Made by a program: the position numbers and the translations under genes
The notes under the pieces: model-generated
The model's input: the letters and a program-made list of their open reading frames with translations, nothing else
Told to the model about the DNA's origin: nothing
Database searches by the model: none
In this document: piece by piece, positions 13,803-26,289 of the stretch
Position numbering within the stretch: the first letter of the stretch is position 1
Layout of the letters: the number at the start of each line of letters is the position of its first letter
Assembly: GCA_965153285.1 (NCBI GenBank)
Contig: OZ229112.1
Reading direction: 5' to 3' (one strand)
Length of the DNA: 64,000 nt
Origin: Podarcis tiliguerta
Lineage: Eukaryota

Positions 13803-14428
13803 TGTCATGAACTGGCAAGATGACAGCGGGGAGGAAGAGGATCCCTGCGAGGGGTGTAGCAGACTGGGCAAGCAGGGCATGGGGAAGGAAGTACTCACAG
13901 GGTGACGGAGGATGATGAGGGGATGGAGGTCAGTGCGCACAAACCAGAGCAGCAGCACCTATCACCAGAGCCAGAGGGGCCCCAGTCCCCACAAACACAG
14001 TGGGCCCTGAGGTATGAGGAGCCGTGGGAGTGGTGCTCTAGGAGGTTGAGGCAAGCAAGGGCCCACAGCCCAGCTCCCTAGTTCTGGGAGGAGGGGTGTG
14101 ATTCCTCTGCTGGAGCAGGACTGGAACAGGTGAGGGTCACCTGCCTCGTCAAGCCCAGATGCTGCAATCAGCAAAGTACAAAAGGGGAGCAGAGCTGAGG
14201 GGCTGTGTCTGCTATCCATGTTGATGAACCTTGGCTTGGGTGTTCTTGGAGCCCTACAGGGCTGTGCTTTGGAACTGACTCTATCCTGACTGCTGGACTT
14301 TGGAATTGGCTTGACCCTGAAGTGTGTTTCCTGACTGTTGGACTTTGCTTGTGTGGATTGACCCTTGGACTTTGAACGTTGGGCTTGGCATACTGACTTG
14401 CTGCCAGGTAGGCCAGGGGTTCTGGATA
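13803..14428. mobile_element. Solo LTR (probably Gypsy-type)
   Basis: GC-rich ~626-bp island. Begins TGTCATGAAC and ends GTTCTGGATA (imperfect inverted termini); flanked by TAATT/TAATG candidate 5-bp TSD; repeated GGACTTTG units. Confidence 0.6.
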
Positions 14429-17131
14429 TAATGGCACACACACACACACAAAAAGATAAAGACACCCCTAAAACAATAACTTTGCACCATAAACCCCAAT
14501 GGACTTTCCTTCTTAACAGCAACCAATATATGTATAAAGTTTAATTTCCATTGTTACCAAATTGTGCGTTGGAAGAGAAAGAGGTGAGCCCATTCAATTA
14601 GTCAGGAGAGACATAATGGAAGAAACCAGGAAGCATTTTAAAACAAAACAAAACACCAGGGCCTACTAAATACTGGCAAGGTCACCACGGTAGGAGTAAT
14701 TTGTGTTTGTGTGGGTGTACAGGGAATCAACTGACAGTTAATGCAGTAACACTCACTGTGTGTCACTGCAATAACACCTGGAGCAGAAGTGAACACAGCA
14801 CCTATCTGTTTAAGAGCTCCACTCTGTTTATATTATCCTCTCCCTCACACATAGAAGTGAAGTGAGCAAGTGAGGCTGGGAGAAGAAAACAAATGGTGCT
14901 AAATGGGTGCAATCTCCATGTGTAATATTTCTACTCCTGAGTCCTACTTCAGGGTCAAACTTACAAGATAAACTAATGGAAGATAAATGACTGGAGTTGT
15001 TGCACCACTTGTATTAATACATCAGTTTGTAAAAGGCCAGGAAACAGAGAATTGAAGTGAGTGGGGAAAGGCAACTCTGAAGCCACCTACTTGAGATCAC
15101 TTCACTTGGATTAGATGGCTCTTAGACCACTTTGACCACCATGCCTTCCTCAAAAAGTGAGCTTGTTCAAGAGTGGGGGAAAGGGTTAGCTTCCCTCACA
15201 CTTTCAATACAAGCTTATGAATGAAGTTAAGAGATTCTGAGCATAGAACTAGGGTTGATAGTTATTGCTCTTCAAATGTGAGAGAACAAGATGTGTAGTC
15301 ATCTTCTGTTTGCCTCACCAATCACACACTTGGTTTGAAGATAACAAAATGCTGAGGGTAGGTAGAGAGGAAGTTTTATCGAGCCAGTCTGACACACAGT
15401 TATTCTGCCTTTGAGAATGTGCAATTAATGGTTGTTGTTACCATTGCCGTTACCATTGCCTTACATTTCTTTGTTATTGTTCAGTATTTTTTTTTATTTG
15501 GGATTTTTGCACACATTATTCCTAAAAGCTCAGGGTACATAACATTCACAAATGCATCATCAACATACTTTCCCAGCATTCAAGTAAAAGCATATTACAT
15601 TGCATTGTGCTGGCTTCTTTGAAACTTGGAGGAAGTTAGTTCCAAAGCTGATGAGTGGCAACTGGGATGTTGCTTTTGCTGTTCAGGGTGTATGACTGGA
15701 GAGGAAGTTTCTAATTGTCAAAAGAACTGCTTGCTAGAATTGTCAGCAAGAGCTCGTTTAAAATACCGCCTCTCCAATTTTGCAGGAATGTGAGATTTCT
15801 GTTCCATCTGTGTGTGTTTTTGTGAAGTGGAAGGATTGCAAAGCAACAGAAAAGTAATCCAAGTTCATAGGCGCAGAATGCAGAATGAACATGTGAATAA
15901 ATTAGCATAGGTGTCTGCATTTGGAAATCATCAAGAGTGGCAAATATATGTAGGAATAAAAAATGATGCTCCAATTTCGTTATATCATGTCAGGCAAAAT
16001 CGAGTAATGCAAAAAGAAGCTTCCCTTTCATCGTCCTCTCAAAGAACAGTGCTATGATCTCTGGTTTGGGAAGAAAATGTAACTTTTATTTCTTTGAGTG
16101 GTTCAAGATCTGAAGCAGGAACAAAGATGAGTGTCCAGTCCAATACCCATTTGTTCCTAAGTTACATGAAGTGATAGGCCACTTGGTTTCAGCACATTTT
16201 TGAAGATTCCAGCCCTCTAATGGCGTGGAGTATTTCTGGCAACAGATGAGAGATAATAAGTTTCTCTGGGATGAGTTGTAGGACCAGCTGTAGTTTTGAT
16301 GTGAAGATAATGCATTTTGGAGAAGTGATGGAGGGGTGGAGGAATGGAGGGAGGACAGTGTCTGTTTCAGCCTGGAGCCCATATGTAGAACTAAAAAAGA
16401 TGAAAATACCCAGTTCACTGCCTGAGAGTCAAAATCTTCTCCAATATTCACTTCAATCAGCATTGAAAAGTTTGCTTAAGAGTCCCAAGAAGTCTAGCAG
16501 CAGTTGTCCTGTACGGAAGAAGTCCAGGGCTCCCTCCAGATTGGTGTTTTCTTCCAGGTATCTTCTGCAAAATGTTCTTGGCACAATACTGGTACATTGC
16601 TGGTGGATTCCTTCTGCTTTAGTTTCTTCTGTGATGCTTTCCCAGTGTTGCCACGTTATTGCTATCTGGAGGGACTATAGCACAAGAAGACAAAACTAAA
16701 CCCTGGCCTAAACTAAACACCTAAGGTTAAAAAGCTACAGGATTTCAGCAGCAATTTATGGGAGATGCACTGATTGAATTTGGAGCAATCTGATTGAGTC
16801 AAAACCTTTGCAGGTTGAAACAGACAATACTTACATGCTCCTATTTCTCTCCCTATCCCAGTCATGGGGAACCTCTGACCCTCCAGATGTTGTTGAACTC
16901 CAACTCCCTACCCATTGGCCACACTGGCTAGGACTATTGGGAACTGGAACTCAAGAAACATCTCAAGTGCCACCGGTTCCCATCAACAGAACTGGGATAA
17001 AGTGAACCTACTGGTGGTTTCTTGAACTGGAAGAATGTGAAGAAGAGTAACCAGATAAAGAAATCATTGATGAATCATAGTATAGGGACCTCAGTTTGAA
17101 AGAGAAGCAGATGATGGAAATTATTATTATT

Positions 17132-17772
17132 AGATGAAGGTCTACCAGGCTTGCATGTTGAGCACACTGCTTTATGGAAGTGAGTTGTGGGCAACTTACA
17201 CCCGCCAGGAGCAACACCTCAATGCCTTTCTTATGCATTGCCTCAGGAAGATTGTGGGCATCACCTGGCAAGACAGCAAACAAAGATGTGCTTTTCTGAG
17301 CCACATTCCCGGCATGTTTGCACTTTTGTCTTAGCAATGTCTACACTGGCTTGGTCATGTACACAGAATGGATGATGGCAAACTTCCCAATAAAGCTCAA
17401 TGGGGAGCTGGTTTCAGGCACTAGGCCCGTTGGCAGACCAAATCTACCCTACAAAGATGTCTACAAACGTGACCTGAAGACTGGCAACATTAACCCCACT
17501 ATGTGGGAATCCCTGGCAGGCGAATACAGTGCCTGGAGACAGTCAGATTGTGTATCTACAGAAGTTACCAGAGAAGGAATGACCGCTGGGAGGAGTGCAG
17601 AGAGACGAAATGCGATGATGCACCTGTAGCAGCAACCAGATACCTTCATCTGCCCCAGCAGCAGGCACTGTAACTCTCCAACAGTTTGAGTTTACCTCTG
17701 AAGGCACACTTTTCAATTGTCTCCTGAGACAGACAGACAGATGCCAACGGCAATCACCACAACTACTACTAA
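17132..17772 (+). mobile_element. Degraded RTE-clade LINE 3' fragment (distinct from BovB)
   Basis: KVYQACMLSTLLYGSELW...HCLRKIVGITWQD and GELVSGTRPVGRP...YKDVYKRDLK are post-RT motifs in shifted frames; short CTA-repeat tail. Confidence 0.85.
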
Positions 17773-18965
17773 TGTCTTAAGGCCCAGTGCACAGGGCAGC
17801 ATTCCCATTCCTGCCCACTGAAAAATACACTGAGTTTTGGCGATAACAAGGCTTACTAGGATGTTTCCTTACTCATCATTGGTTGTTACCAATGTTAAGA
17901 GAAAAGGTAGAATATTGCTGGAAGTTTGACAGAGCACTAAAAAGGCACTTTGGTTCCATATTACAATTCACCTTCCAAGGCAGCTTCTGGCAAACTGACT
18001 GACTTTATTGACTCACTTAATTTTATTGTAGAAAGGCACTTTAGGTTTTGCTGGGCAGATCTGTGATGAAGTCATGCTGTCAATATTCTGTGGTGATAAG
18101 TCAAGCACAGATTGTCCTCAGGGTTTCTGAAGGCAAATCAAAATGAAACTTGCCAGTAGGGGAGAGCAAAGATACTTCACACCCACAGAGACGACATGCA
18201 CTCATTTTTGTAAAGGGAGGTTAGAACACGAGCCTCGCACTCCAGCTCAAAGGTCCTGCAAAAGCAATTCTCCATATGACTCGACTCAAAGAGTGTTTTA
18301 AAACCTCATGACCACACAGCATTTTAACTGCTTGTTCATAAGCCCAGTTTTCACTTTTTTTAATAATAAAAAATGTACCTTTCCACCTTTCAAATTTGCT
18401 GACAGTTTGAGAAAACAAATTTCTTCTAACTGGGCCAAATAAGACTGCTCAGATGGGCCTTGAATAATTGTGTGTGTGTGTTTTACTGGTGGTGATGGGG
18501 AAGCTGATTAAAAATGAGGCAAATTCTGTCAGTTATTTATATCTAGAGGAGCACCGAGGCTTCATGTGGCTGCCTGGCTTCATTTTGCATTGACCATTTG
18601 ATAGGCAAGAGTACACAAAGAGGATAAACAATGAGCAAACTCTCAAAGAAGCAACTGTGGTACTCTTTACCTCAGTAGAAAAGAGAGTTCTCATTTCAGT
18701 TTTCTCAGGAGCTACACTGAAAGATACTCTATAACTGCCTTCCTGAACCTGGTGCTCTCTAAATGTTTTGGCCATGCTCGTTGGAGCTTATGTAGTCCAA
18801 AAAATCTAGAGTCTGCCCGTTAAGAAACCCAAGGGTGGCTAATATGGATGACTCCTCCTGCTACAAATTTGCTGCTGGTCTGGTAGCCTTGCTAATACTG
18901 TTGGTTTTCTCCGGTTAAGTTTTACCAGTTAAAGAGACCCATTGAAATTAATGGTTCTTAAGTTA

Positions 18966-19557
18966 CTTTCTTGGGCTCCATGATCACTGCAGATGGTAAC
19001 AGCAGTCACGAAATTAAAAGACGCCTGCTCCTTGGGAGAAAGGCGATGGCAAACCTAGACAGCGTCTTAAAAAGCAGAGACATCACCTTGCCAACAAAGG
19101 TCCGTATAGTTAAAGCCATGGTTTTCCCAGTAGTGATGTATGGAAGTGAGAGCTGGACCATAAAGAAGGCTGACCGCCGAAGAATTGATGCTTTTGAATT
19201 ATAGTGCTGGAGGAGACTCTTGAGAGTCCCATGGACTGCAAGAAGATCAAATGTATCCATTCTTAAGGAAATCAGCCCTGAGTGCTCACCGGAAGGACAG
19301 ATCGTGAAGCTGAGGCTCCAATACTTTGGCCATCTCATGAGAAGAGAAGACTCCCTGGAAAAGACCCTGATGTTGGGAAAGATTGAGGGCACAAGAAGAA
19401 GGGGACGACAGAGGACAAGATGGTTGGACAGTGTTCTCGAAGCTACAAACATGAGTCTGAGCAAACTGCGGGAGGCAGTGGAAGACAGGAGTGCCTGGCG
19501 TGCTCTGGTCCATGGGGTCACGAAGAGTCGGACACAACTAAACGACTGAACAATAAC
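18966..19557 (+). mobile_element. BovB (RTE clade) LINE, 5'-truncated 3' end
   Basis: GSMITADGNSSHEIKRRLLLGRKAM...FEL*CWRRLLRVPWTARRSN...RALVHGVTKSRTQLND, with a single TGG>TAG at 19202-19204. CAA-type tail; candidate TSD AAGTTA (18960-18965 / 19558-19563). Confidence 0.95.
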
Positions 19558-21679
19558 AAGTTAGTCATGTTCATTCATTTCCATGGTTCTGCTAAGTACA
19601 GCCAGCATTGGATACAACCCTGCCCTCAAATGCCTGTTGTGCATGTCTTTTTCACACAAAACTACTACTATCCCACTCGTGTATGAAACTCCTTTAGTAG
19701 GGCTGGCACGGCGGTCCTCTTTGTTCTAGCAAGATTGTGGGTTCCTTTTCCTCCCTAGGCAGGAATCTGTAGCTTATTTCCAGCAAAAGGGGGCTTGAGG
19801 ACACCATGTATGCTCAACAGCCTTCCATCTTACAGCACCCAGATCTTCGGTATATAAACACCTTTCCAAAAAAGAATAACTGGCAAAGCACAAGTGAGCA
19901 TCTATAAAACCAGTAAGCATCTGTATTACAGCGCTGTGATAAAGAATCTTCCACAAGAGTTGTAGAAACCTGCAGCAGTGTTAAGAGGCAATTGATAATG
20001 CCAGGGCTTAATTTTATCAGTGGTGTTTATTACTTATACTGGGTGTTTCCTTCCAAGTCCAATCAGTCTATTAATTGCTTTCTTTTAATCTTAGGAAGGG
20101 CAGTGGATTTTGTTCTCAGAGGGAACTTGCTTCAGTTTTGACAGAACAGCAAAAGCAGCAGCTGCTGGCCCATTGCAGCCCGATGAGATTGCTGGCTCTA
20201 ATACACTTTGCCTTTTGACTGTAATGTGTTTTATGAAACATCTTCTAAAGCTTACAAGTGACCCCAGGACATAACTCTCCAGCACTAATGTCTCTCTTTG
20301 CCAAGTAATGAAGTATGATTTATGGTGGTAATGGTTAATCTCAGGTGTGTGTGTGTGTATGTGTACCTGTGTATGTGTGTGTGTTGTTTTTTTATATAAA
20401 AAAACCTGTAGAATATAGGAGTATAACATGCACCATTTGGCACATTTATGACAAAGGTGTTCTGGTTTTCTTAACTCCACAGTTTTGTGTTGGCAGTTTT
20501 TCAAATTCCTGAGACAGATGTTTAAATGAATTTAAGAGGACAGAGGAATACTTTTAAAACATCATACGGAGTTGAGTGTCTCAATATGAAAAGGAACATT
20601 ATTCCTCTACCAGTTTAGATAGGAAAGGATGCCACATGGCCTATCCTGTTTTAGATCTGCTGTTAGCTGATAGAAATAGCAAATGTGGAATTAGCTTTGT
20701 GGGAAAAGTCCTGTTTATTATGCAGTTGAGACTGGTGCAGAGGGAAGGAAGTAAGAATGCTCCGTGACTCTCTGAGACTTAGCTTGTATTCACATCTAAT
20801 TTCTTAAAAATGTATCAGGACTTGTCTGGCATGCAGAATATGGGACTATTGCTGTCCAGGTAGAAACCAAACTGCAATACAGAGACACAGAGGCTTTAGG
20901 TATCTAATGTAACAACTTCCAAATGTTCCCCTCTCAAAGGAAAATAAATAATTTTGGAGAAGCTTGGCATGCTGAAAGCCCATTGGCGTGTCTATAGTAC
21001 TTAAGCACAATGCATAACCAAGAGCAAAGTTATCAGAAGACTGGTTTGTCAACATGCAAAATGCTTTAGAAAAGCAAAGCCCATAAAGGGTGAGGGTGGG
21101 TGGCAATGAACCCAAATACAGCCTAACAAGAGCAGAGCATATTCAATGGCCACACACACACACAAAATCCCCAAGTGTCTTTTGGGCGGCAGGGGAGAAT
21201 GGAAAAGCAGTGAGAGGACATGGAATTGTATATCCTCACAAAGGAAATAGCTTGCTGACTGAAAGTCTTGAGTGGAAGCTCATTCCACACTGCAAGATTT
21301 TGTTGTGGCTCTCCCTTGTATATACTAACAGCAAACTCAAGTGCTGTTTATGATGGCAATGAAGCCAAAATGGGGCTACTGGGGGAGGGGAAGGTGGCAT
21401 CAGTATGCACAGGGGAACCCCAAGGTTTGCAGAAATTGAAAAACGAAAACACCATTTAAGTTAAAAACCTAAAGAAGCAACTTGATGCCCCAAAACAGCC
21501 CGATGAGGACTGACCATGCTCAAGCAGTCAGACTGAGTGCCTGTTTTGGGGCAGAGTGGTGGAAGCCTCAAGGTGGGAAGAATGGAATGGAGTGTCCTGG
21601 AAAAGGGCCCTGCTATGTGCCCTCCTTTGTGTGTGATTGAAATGTGTCTTTGAACAGGCCCCTCCTCCAATCTGGGGAA

Positions 21680-22496
21680 CTCAGGTCTGCAGCTGCTGTT
21701 GCTGAATGCCAGGTTGGCTCTGAGTAACACCCCCATGATCTGATTATGGATGAAGCGGCCGATCTGGCCTGTACCACCGAGACCTGGGTGAGTGAGCAGG
21801 GTGGAATTGGTCTCACCTGGCTGTGCCCACCTGGGTACTCAGAACTTTGTCAGACTTGAAGGTTGGGGAAGGGAGAGTTGCTGGGGTCTATAGAAATTTT
21901 TTCTCTTCAGTCTTTCTGTCCAGTTGTGTGGGGGCTGATGGATCCAATGGGCTTCCAGATGGCTCTGGGGGATTTTCCAGTTGATATGACTGGCACCTCT
22001 GTCAAAGCCCCGGTCCATCTCTGGAACATCCAAATGGCTCACGTCATTGACATGAGTGTCTCTGAACACCCTCGCCCACTTCATGGAGCCTATTCAGGAT
22101 TGCAATACCCCAAGGACCACCTCACTCCCTATAAACCAACATGGTTATCATCTGAGGCCCTTCTTTCGGTGCTTCCATCCAGAGGCCCAGAAGGGGGCAA
22201 CATCAGAACAGGCCTTTCCTGCAGTGGCTCCATTTGTTGAATGCTTTCCTCAGGGAGGCTCGCCTAGTGCCTTCATTACATATCTTTAGGCACCAGGCAA
22301 AAACATGTCTCTATAACCAGGCCTTTGGCTGGTTAACATTCTATGGCCTTTTAAATGTGTTTGTGGGAGCAGAGTTATTGGTTTCTTTTTGTTTTGTGAT
22401 GCATTTTGTGTTCTCATTTTGTATTTTTATGTCGTGAACCACCCAGTGATCTTCAGATGAAGGGCGGTATACAAAATCAATAAATAATAAAATAAA
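21680..22496 (+). mobile_element. L2 LINE relic: endonuclease remnant plus 3' end, internally deleted
   Basis: LLLLNAR.../HDLIMDEAADLACTTETWV...LCPPGYS (APE endonuclease N-terminus) at 21687-21841; L2 3' terminus gggcggtata...aataaataataaaataaa. Confidence 0.75.
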
Positions 22497-22769
22497 CACT
22501 ATAACAGTGCCTTCTGTTTGCCTGGACAGAGCTATGTGGGGAAACCTCTTAAGTTTTGCTACAGGGCAAAGGTTACACCCATTGCTTTGCACACTTTTGT
22601 CTGTGGTCTCATCCACCCATTGGCATTTGACTTCAGGAAGTCCGTCCCCCCAAGGTAATGTGACCATCCGGCTGAGAAACGTTCTTCACCTGTCATATAC
22701 CTTATGTTACTGAGAAGTGGAAATGAAATACCACAAGTTATCTAAGAAATGGAGCTGACTCATTGGGTA

Positions 22770-25360
22770 AAGCAATGAACATTTTATATTTAATTTACAT
22801 TTTGACATTTTTGCACATAAATAACAATGTAAACCAGTACGTAAACATAAGATAGTTTGTTCTAGCAAAGTAAAAAGCCTGTTAACTTTGGTCAGAGCCT
22901 GTTCTTTAAAAAAAACAACACTGATTGTTGCTACATTCACATGTAAAGGTCCTAAACTGAGAGGAGAAGATTGGACATAAAGGAAGCAAATTTTAAAGCT
23001 GATGCATATAAATCTTTGTAAATTTTGTATCAAATACAGGAAAGCACTACAGGCAATTAATAAAAGCAACAGTGTGTCCAGTCATAGTAGTGGTACTTTG
23101 GTTTATCCTACAGTTAAATCCTACATTTATGAAACATTGCTACATTTAAATATGTTTGCCTCACAATTTACGGGAGCAGAAATGTAATGAACAGTAGCCC
23201 TTCCTTCAAAAAAGCTATATTTAAAGTTTTCCTTGAGCTACTTTTAGACCAGAGATATGTTTGGTATCTTAAATAAGAAGGCATTAGATTGATATCATTT
23301 CTGAAACAGTCTAACTCTTTAAGACTATGTTGAGATAGGAATGTATATACACACAGTAGAACAGGGTGTAACAACGCTGTAATTTTTCCCCTCCGTTACG
23401 TACATGTGATCACGCGATCACCTTTTAAGAAGCAGAGGAAACAATGGCAGACTTCACTCGACATTTTAAACAGCTCTTCCTACCCTTTACCAATCTGTAT
23501 TATCTCAATCAATCTATTTATTGATCCAGTCAACAGACTGCGCAATAAAAACAAATTACCATTCTGTATTATATTTATACCATACATAGGTGAGTGAGAT
23601 TTTGTTTTTCCCCCCAGCAACGATTTCTTAAAGTGTCCCCCCCCCCCACAGACGTGTCTTCTGCAAGAATATGAGAGGGATAGAAGACTCAGCCACATAA
23701 TCTTCACAGAATTCTGTGGGAATTTTATAATATGTGAACAAATAGTTTGTGAGTATTGGTTTGGAGGATTAAGACTCGGAATTAAATTACTGATTTCCTT
23801 AGCACAGTAGCATGGGCTGGAGGCTGTTAAGTCATACCTTTGGAAGGTGAAGCAAGCTATGCAAGTAAGATTTCATTATAAGGTTTGTCTCACAAACTTA
23901 AGTGGTATAAAATATACGCATGCACACACATACATGGTATATTGGCATAAATATCTATAAATATACATGTATTCTTTGCTACACCTTGTATGCCGACATG
24001 GTATCTTTGGGCTTAGCAAAACAAAAAAGATTTACAAAAAAGAAAAGAATGTGCCTTCTATCTTCTCCTCTGCACATTTTGGTTTGTTCTCTAAAGTAGC
24101 AAAGCATTAGATAAAACAACATCTTCTGCACCACTGGACACACTCAATGAGGTAACTGTTGTTCAGCAACTTTGCAATGCCCCTTTTATCTTTAATTAAA
24201 TTAACCACAAAACGTACTAATACAAATACTGAGCGAAATCTTGAGTCATATAGGGAAAGGGTGGGGAACCAATAAAGTATGCCAAGAAAGGACTTTGTTA
24301 GCAACTTCTACCCAAGGAAAGTAGATAGAGGGAATGGGGTTGGGGGAGATCTGGCACATCTTTCCCAGGGAGCCTAGGAATCAGATTCCCCCTAGTACTT
24401 CACTGGCAAAAATCTCAGCAATACTCTCCTTTCAGACAGCATCTTTGGGATATTATTCCTTGCATATGTATACAAACAGTTTGTAAGAAGGAAAAAAATA
24501 AGTAATTTTGTAATACTATTGCTCTCAATGTCAAGGTATGCAACATGTTTGTTTAGAAAACCTATTTGATGCATTATTTCTGGCAGATGATTTTACTTTC
24601 CTATTCATCTTAGACACTGAGGTGCTGTAGACAGAAAATCATTGCATCACTCTTTTCTATCCCTATACCAATATGACGTTTTCCTCTTGGCTGCGGCATA
24701 CATTTTGGGCAATTTCATACTTCTACCCACTTTGTTCAGTTATACAGCACTGTTCTAACTGGAGGAAACTCTAGTATTTACCTTTGGCAAAACAAAAACC
24801 TAATTTCTAAATCAGGAATGTAAAATTCCCCCCTTTGCTTCCCCATCAATCTTAGGTTGCTGGTTTTTAATTTGCTAAACAGATGCACAGGAAGAAATTA
24901 TACAAAGAATGGCCACAAGACAATATATATATATATATATATATGAACACTTATATTCAACCTTATAATGAAACTTCCTATCATTGTGAATATTTTCTAT
25001 CTATTGCTTTGTTAATGGTAAATTGCATAATAAATTATTACTGGAAAATGATTATGGATAAAAGATTGTCTTTTTTGGAAGTAGCAGAGGTAATACACAG
25101 TCCTTGCCTCTTTTCATGCCCTGAGAATACAACTTTGGAGTTCCTTCTTTCAAATGGAGTAAGATAAACTACTGTAAGCCAAGATTGCTTTGCAGCATTG
25201 ACACTATATACAAGCAACTGCTACAGGCACCCTGACTTGCCAAGTCATAAATTAAAAAACAACAACACAAACCACTTTGCCATACATACGAATGCACATG
25301 TAAGTATGCACATGTGTACACACACACACTTCTCTCTCGCACACGCACACCCCACAGCAT
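22770..25360 (-). other. PRDM1: PRDM1 3'UTR (~2.6 kb) with multiple miRNA seed matches
   Basis: AT-rich stretch without recognisable transposons after the stop codon; seed matches for miR-125, miR-9 (x3), let-7, miR-181 and miR-30 (x2); ends at ATTAAA. Confidence 0.75.
22789..22794 (-). terminator. Poly(A) signal ATTAAA of PRDM1
   Basis: Plus-strand tttaat at the distal end of the UTR block, preceded by UGUA-containing U-rich sequence; cleavage expected ~22770. Confidence 0.6.
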
Positions 25361-25936
25361 TTAAGGGTCCATTGGTTCAACTGCTTCTTGCTTGACCTTT
25401 ATAGGTACCCGAGGTAGTGGATGACCTTGAGGCAACTTCACAATTGACATATCTGATGATTCATAAAGGTTACATCCTGAGGAAACCAGCCCATTTCCCA
25501 GGTTCCTCTGCAGCGATGCTTTAAGAGTAGCTCCTTCCATCTCTCGTTTAAGCACAGCAAGTATTTCTTTTTCTACTATAGATGCCATGTCAATGTTGTC
25601 CTCAACATCGTCCAGCCTGTCTGCACTGTCACTAATGTCAAATTTCTCAATCTCTTCATTGATCCGGTTGAGGTCCTCTGTCGAAAGGGTGGGTTCAGGG
25701 ACAACAGGGCAGTTGCCTTTCAGGTGGACCTTGAGGCTGCAAAGGTGGATATAGCTCTTGTGGCAATGGATACACTTGTGCGGGCGCTCTCTGGTGTGGA
25801 GCCGTTTGTGCAGTTTCAAGTGCACAAACTGGGTAAATTTAGCAGTGCAAAGCTTGCACTGGTAAGGCTTCTCTCCAGAATGTAGTCGCAGGTGGGTCTT
25901 CAGGTTGCTCGTGCTGCTGAATCGCTTATGGCAGAC
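25361..25936 (-). CDS. PRDM1: PRDM1 exon 7 coding part: zinc fingers 3-5 (ZF5 is C2HC), acidic tail, VKQE SUMO-type motif, TAA stop
   Basis: Acceptor tcctccctgatcag|GTC; in frame with ORF 25361..25825; ends ...IKVKQEAVEPMDP*. Confidence 0.97.
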   Translation of the reverse strand, partial: VCHKRFSSTSNLKTHLRLHSGEKPYQCKLCTAKFTQFVHLKLHKRLHTRERPHKCIHCHKSYIHLCSLKVHLKGNCPVVPEPTLSTEDLNRINEEIEKFDISDSADRLDDVEDNIDMASIVEKEILAVLKREMEGATLKASLQRNLGNGLVSSGCNLYESSDMSIVKLPQGHPLPRVPIKVKQEAVEPMDP

Positions 25937-26160
25937 CTGATCAGGGAGGAGAGAATGAGAACCTTAGAAGAAAGGTGGTAGTTTGCGCTTTGAAAATGCG
26001 TAAGTAATTCTGAAAAAGTGTCATCCAGTCTTTTTACTTTTTCATTTATCTCCATTTAGAAAACCACAACTGACAGCAACAAACAGTTGTGTGCTCAAGT
26101 CTGCCTCAAAGTTATTTTGCACCCAAGTCATGATCTCATTATATACTGATTGTGACATAC

Positions 26161-26289
26161 CTGACATTCATGGGGCTTTTCTCCTGTGTGTACCAGATAG
26201 TGCTTTTGGAGGTGAGCCAGCTGAGTGAATCCTTTATTGCAAGTAGTACATTTGAATGGTCTTTCTCCGCTGTGTACTCGAAGGTGAAC
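26161..26289 (-). CDS. PRDM1: PRDM1 exon 6 ([43 protein letters not shown]), zinc fingers 1-3
   Basis: Hand-translated; 129 nt, phase 0/0; acceptor tttcttaaaag, donor CAG|gtatgt; C2H2 linkers SGERP and TGEKP. Confidence 0.97.

Noticed and set aside
13962-14526. 186-aa minus-strand ORF and overlapping ORFs
   Set aside because: Fall within the putative solo LTR; low-complexity product with no recognisable domain.
19006-19537. 171-aa and 83-aa minus-strand ORFs
   Set aside because: Antisense of the BovB fragment.
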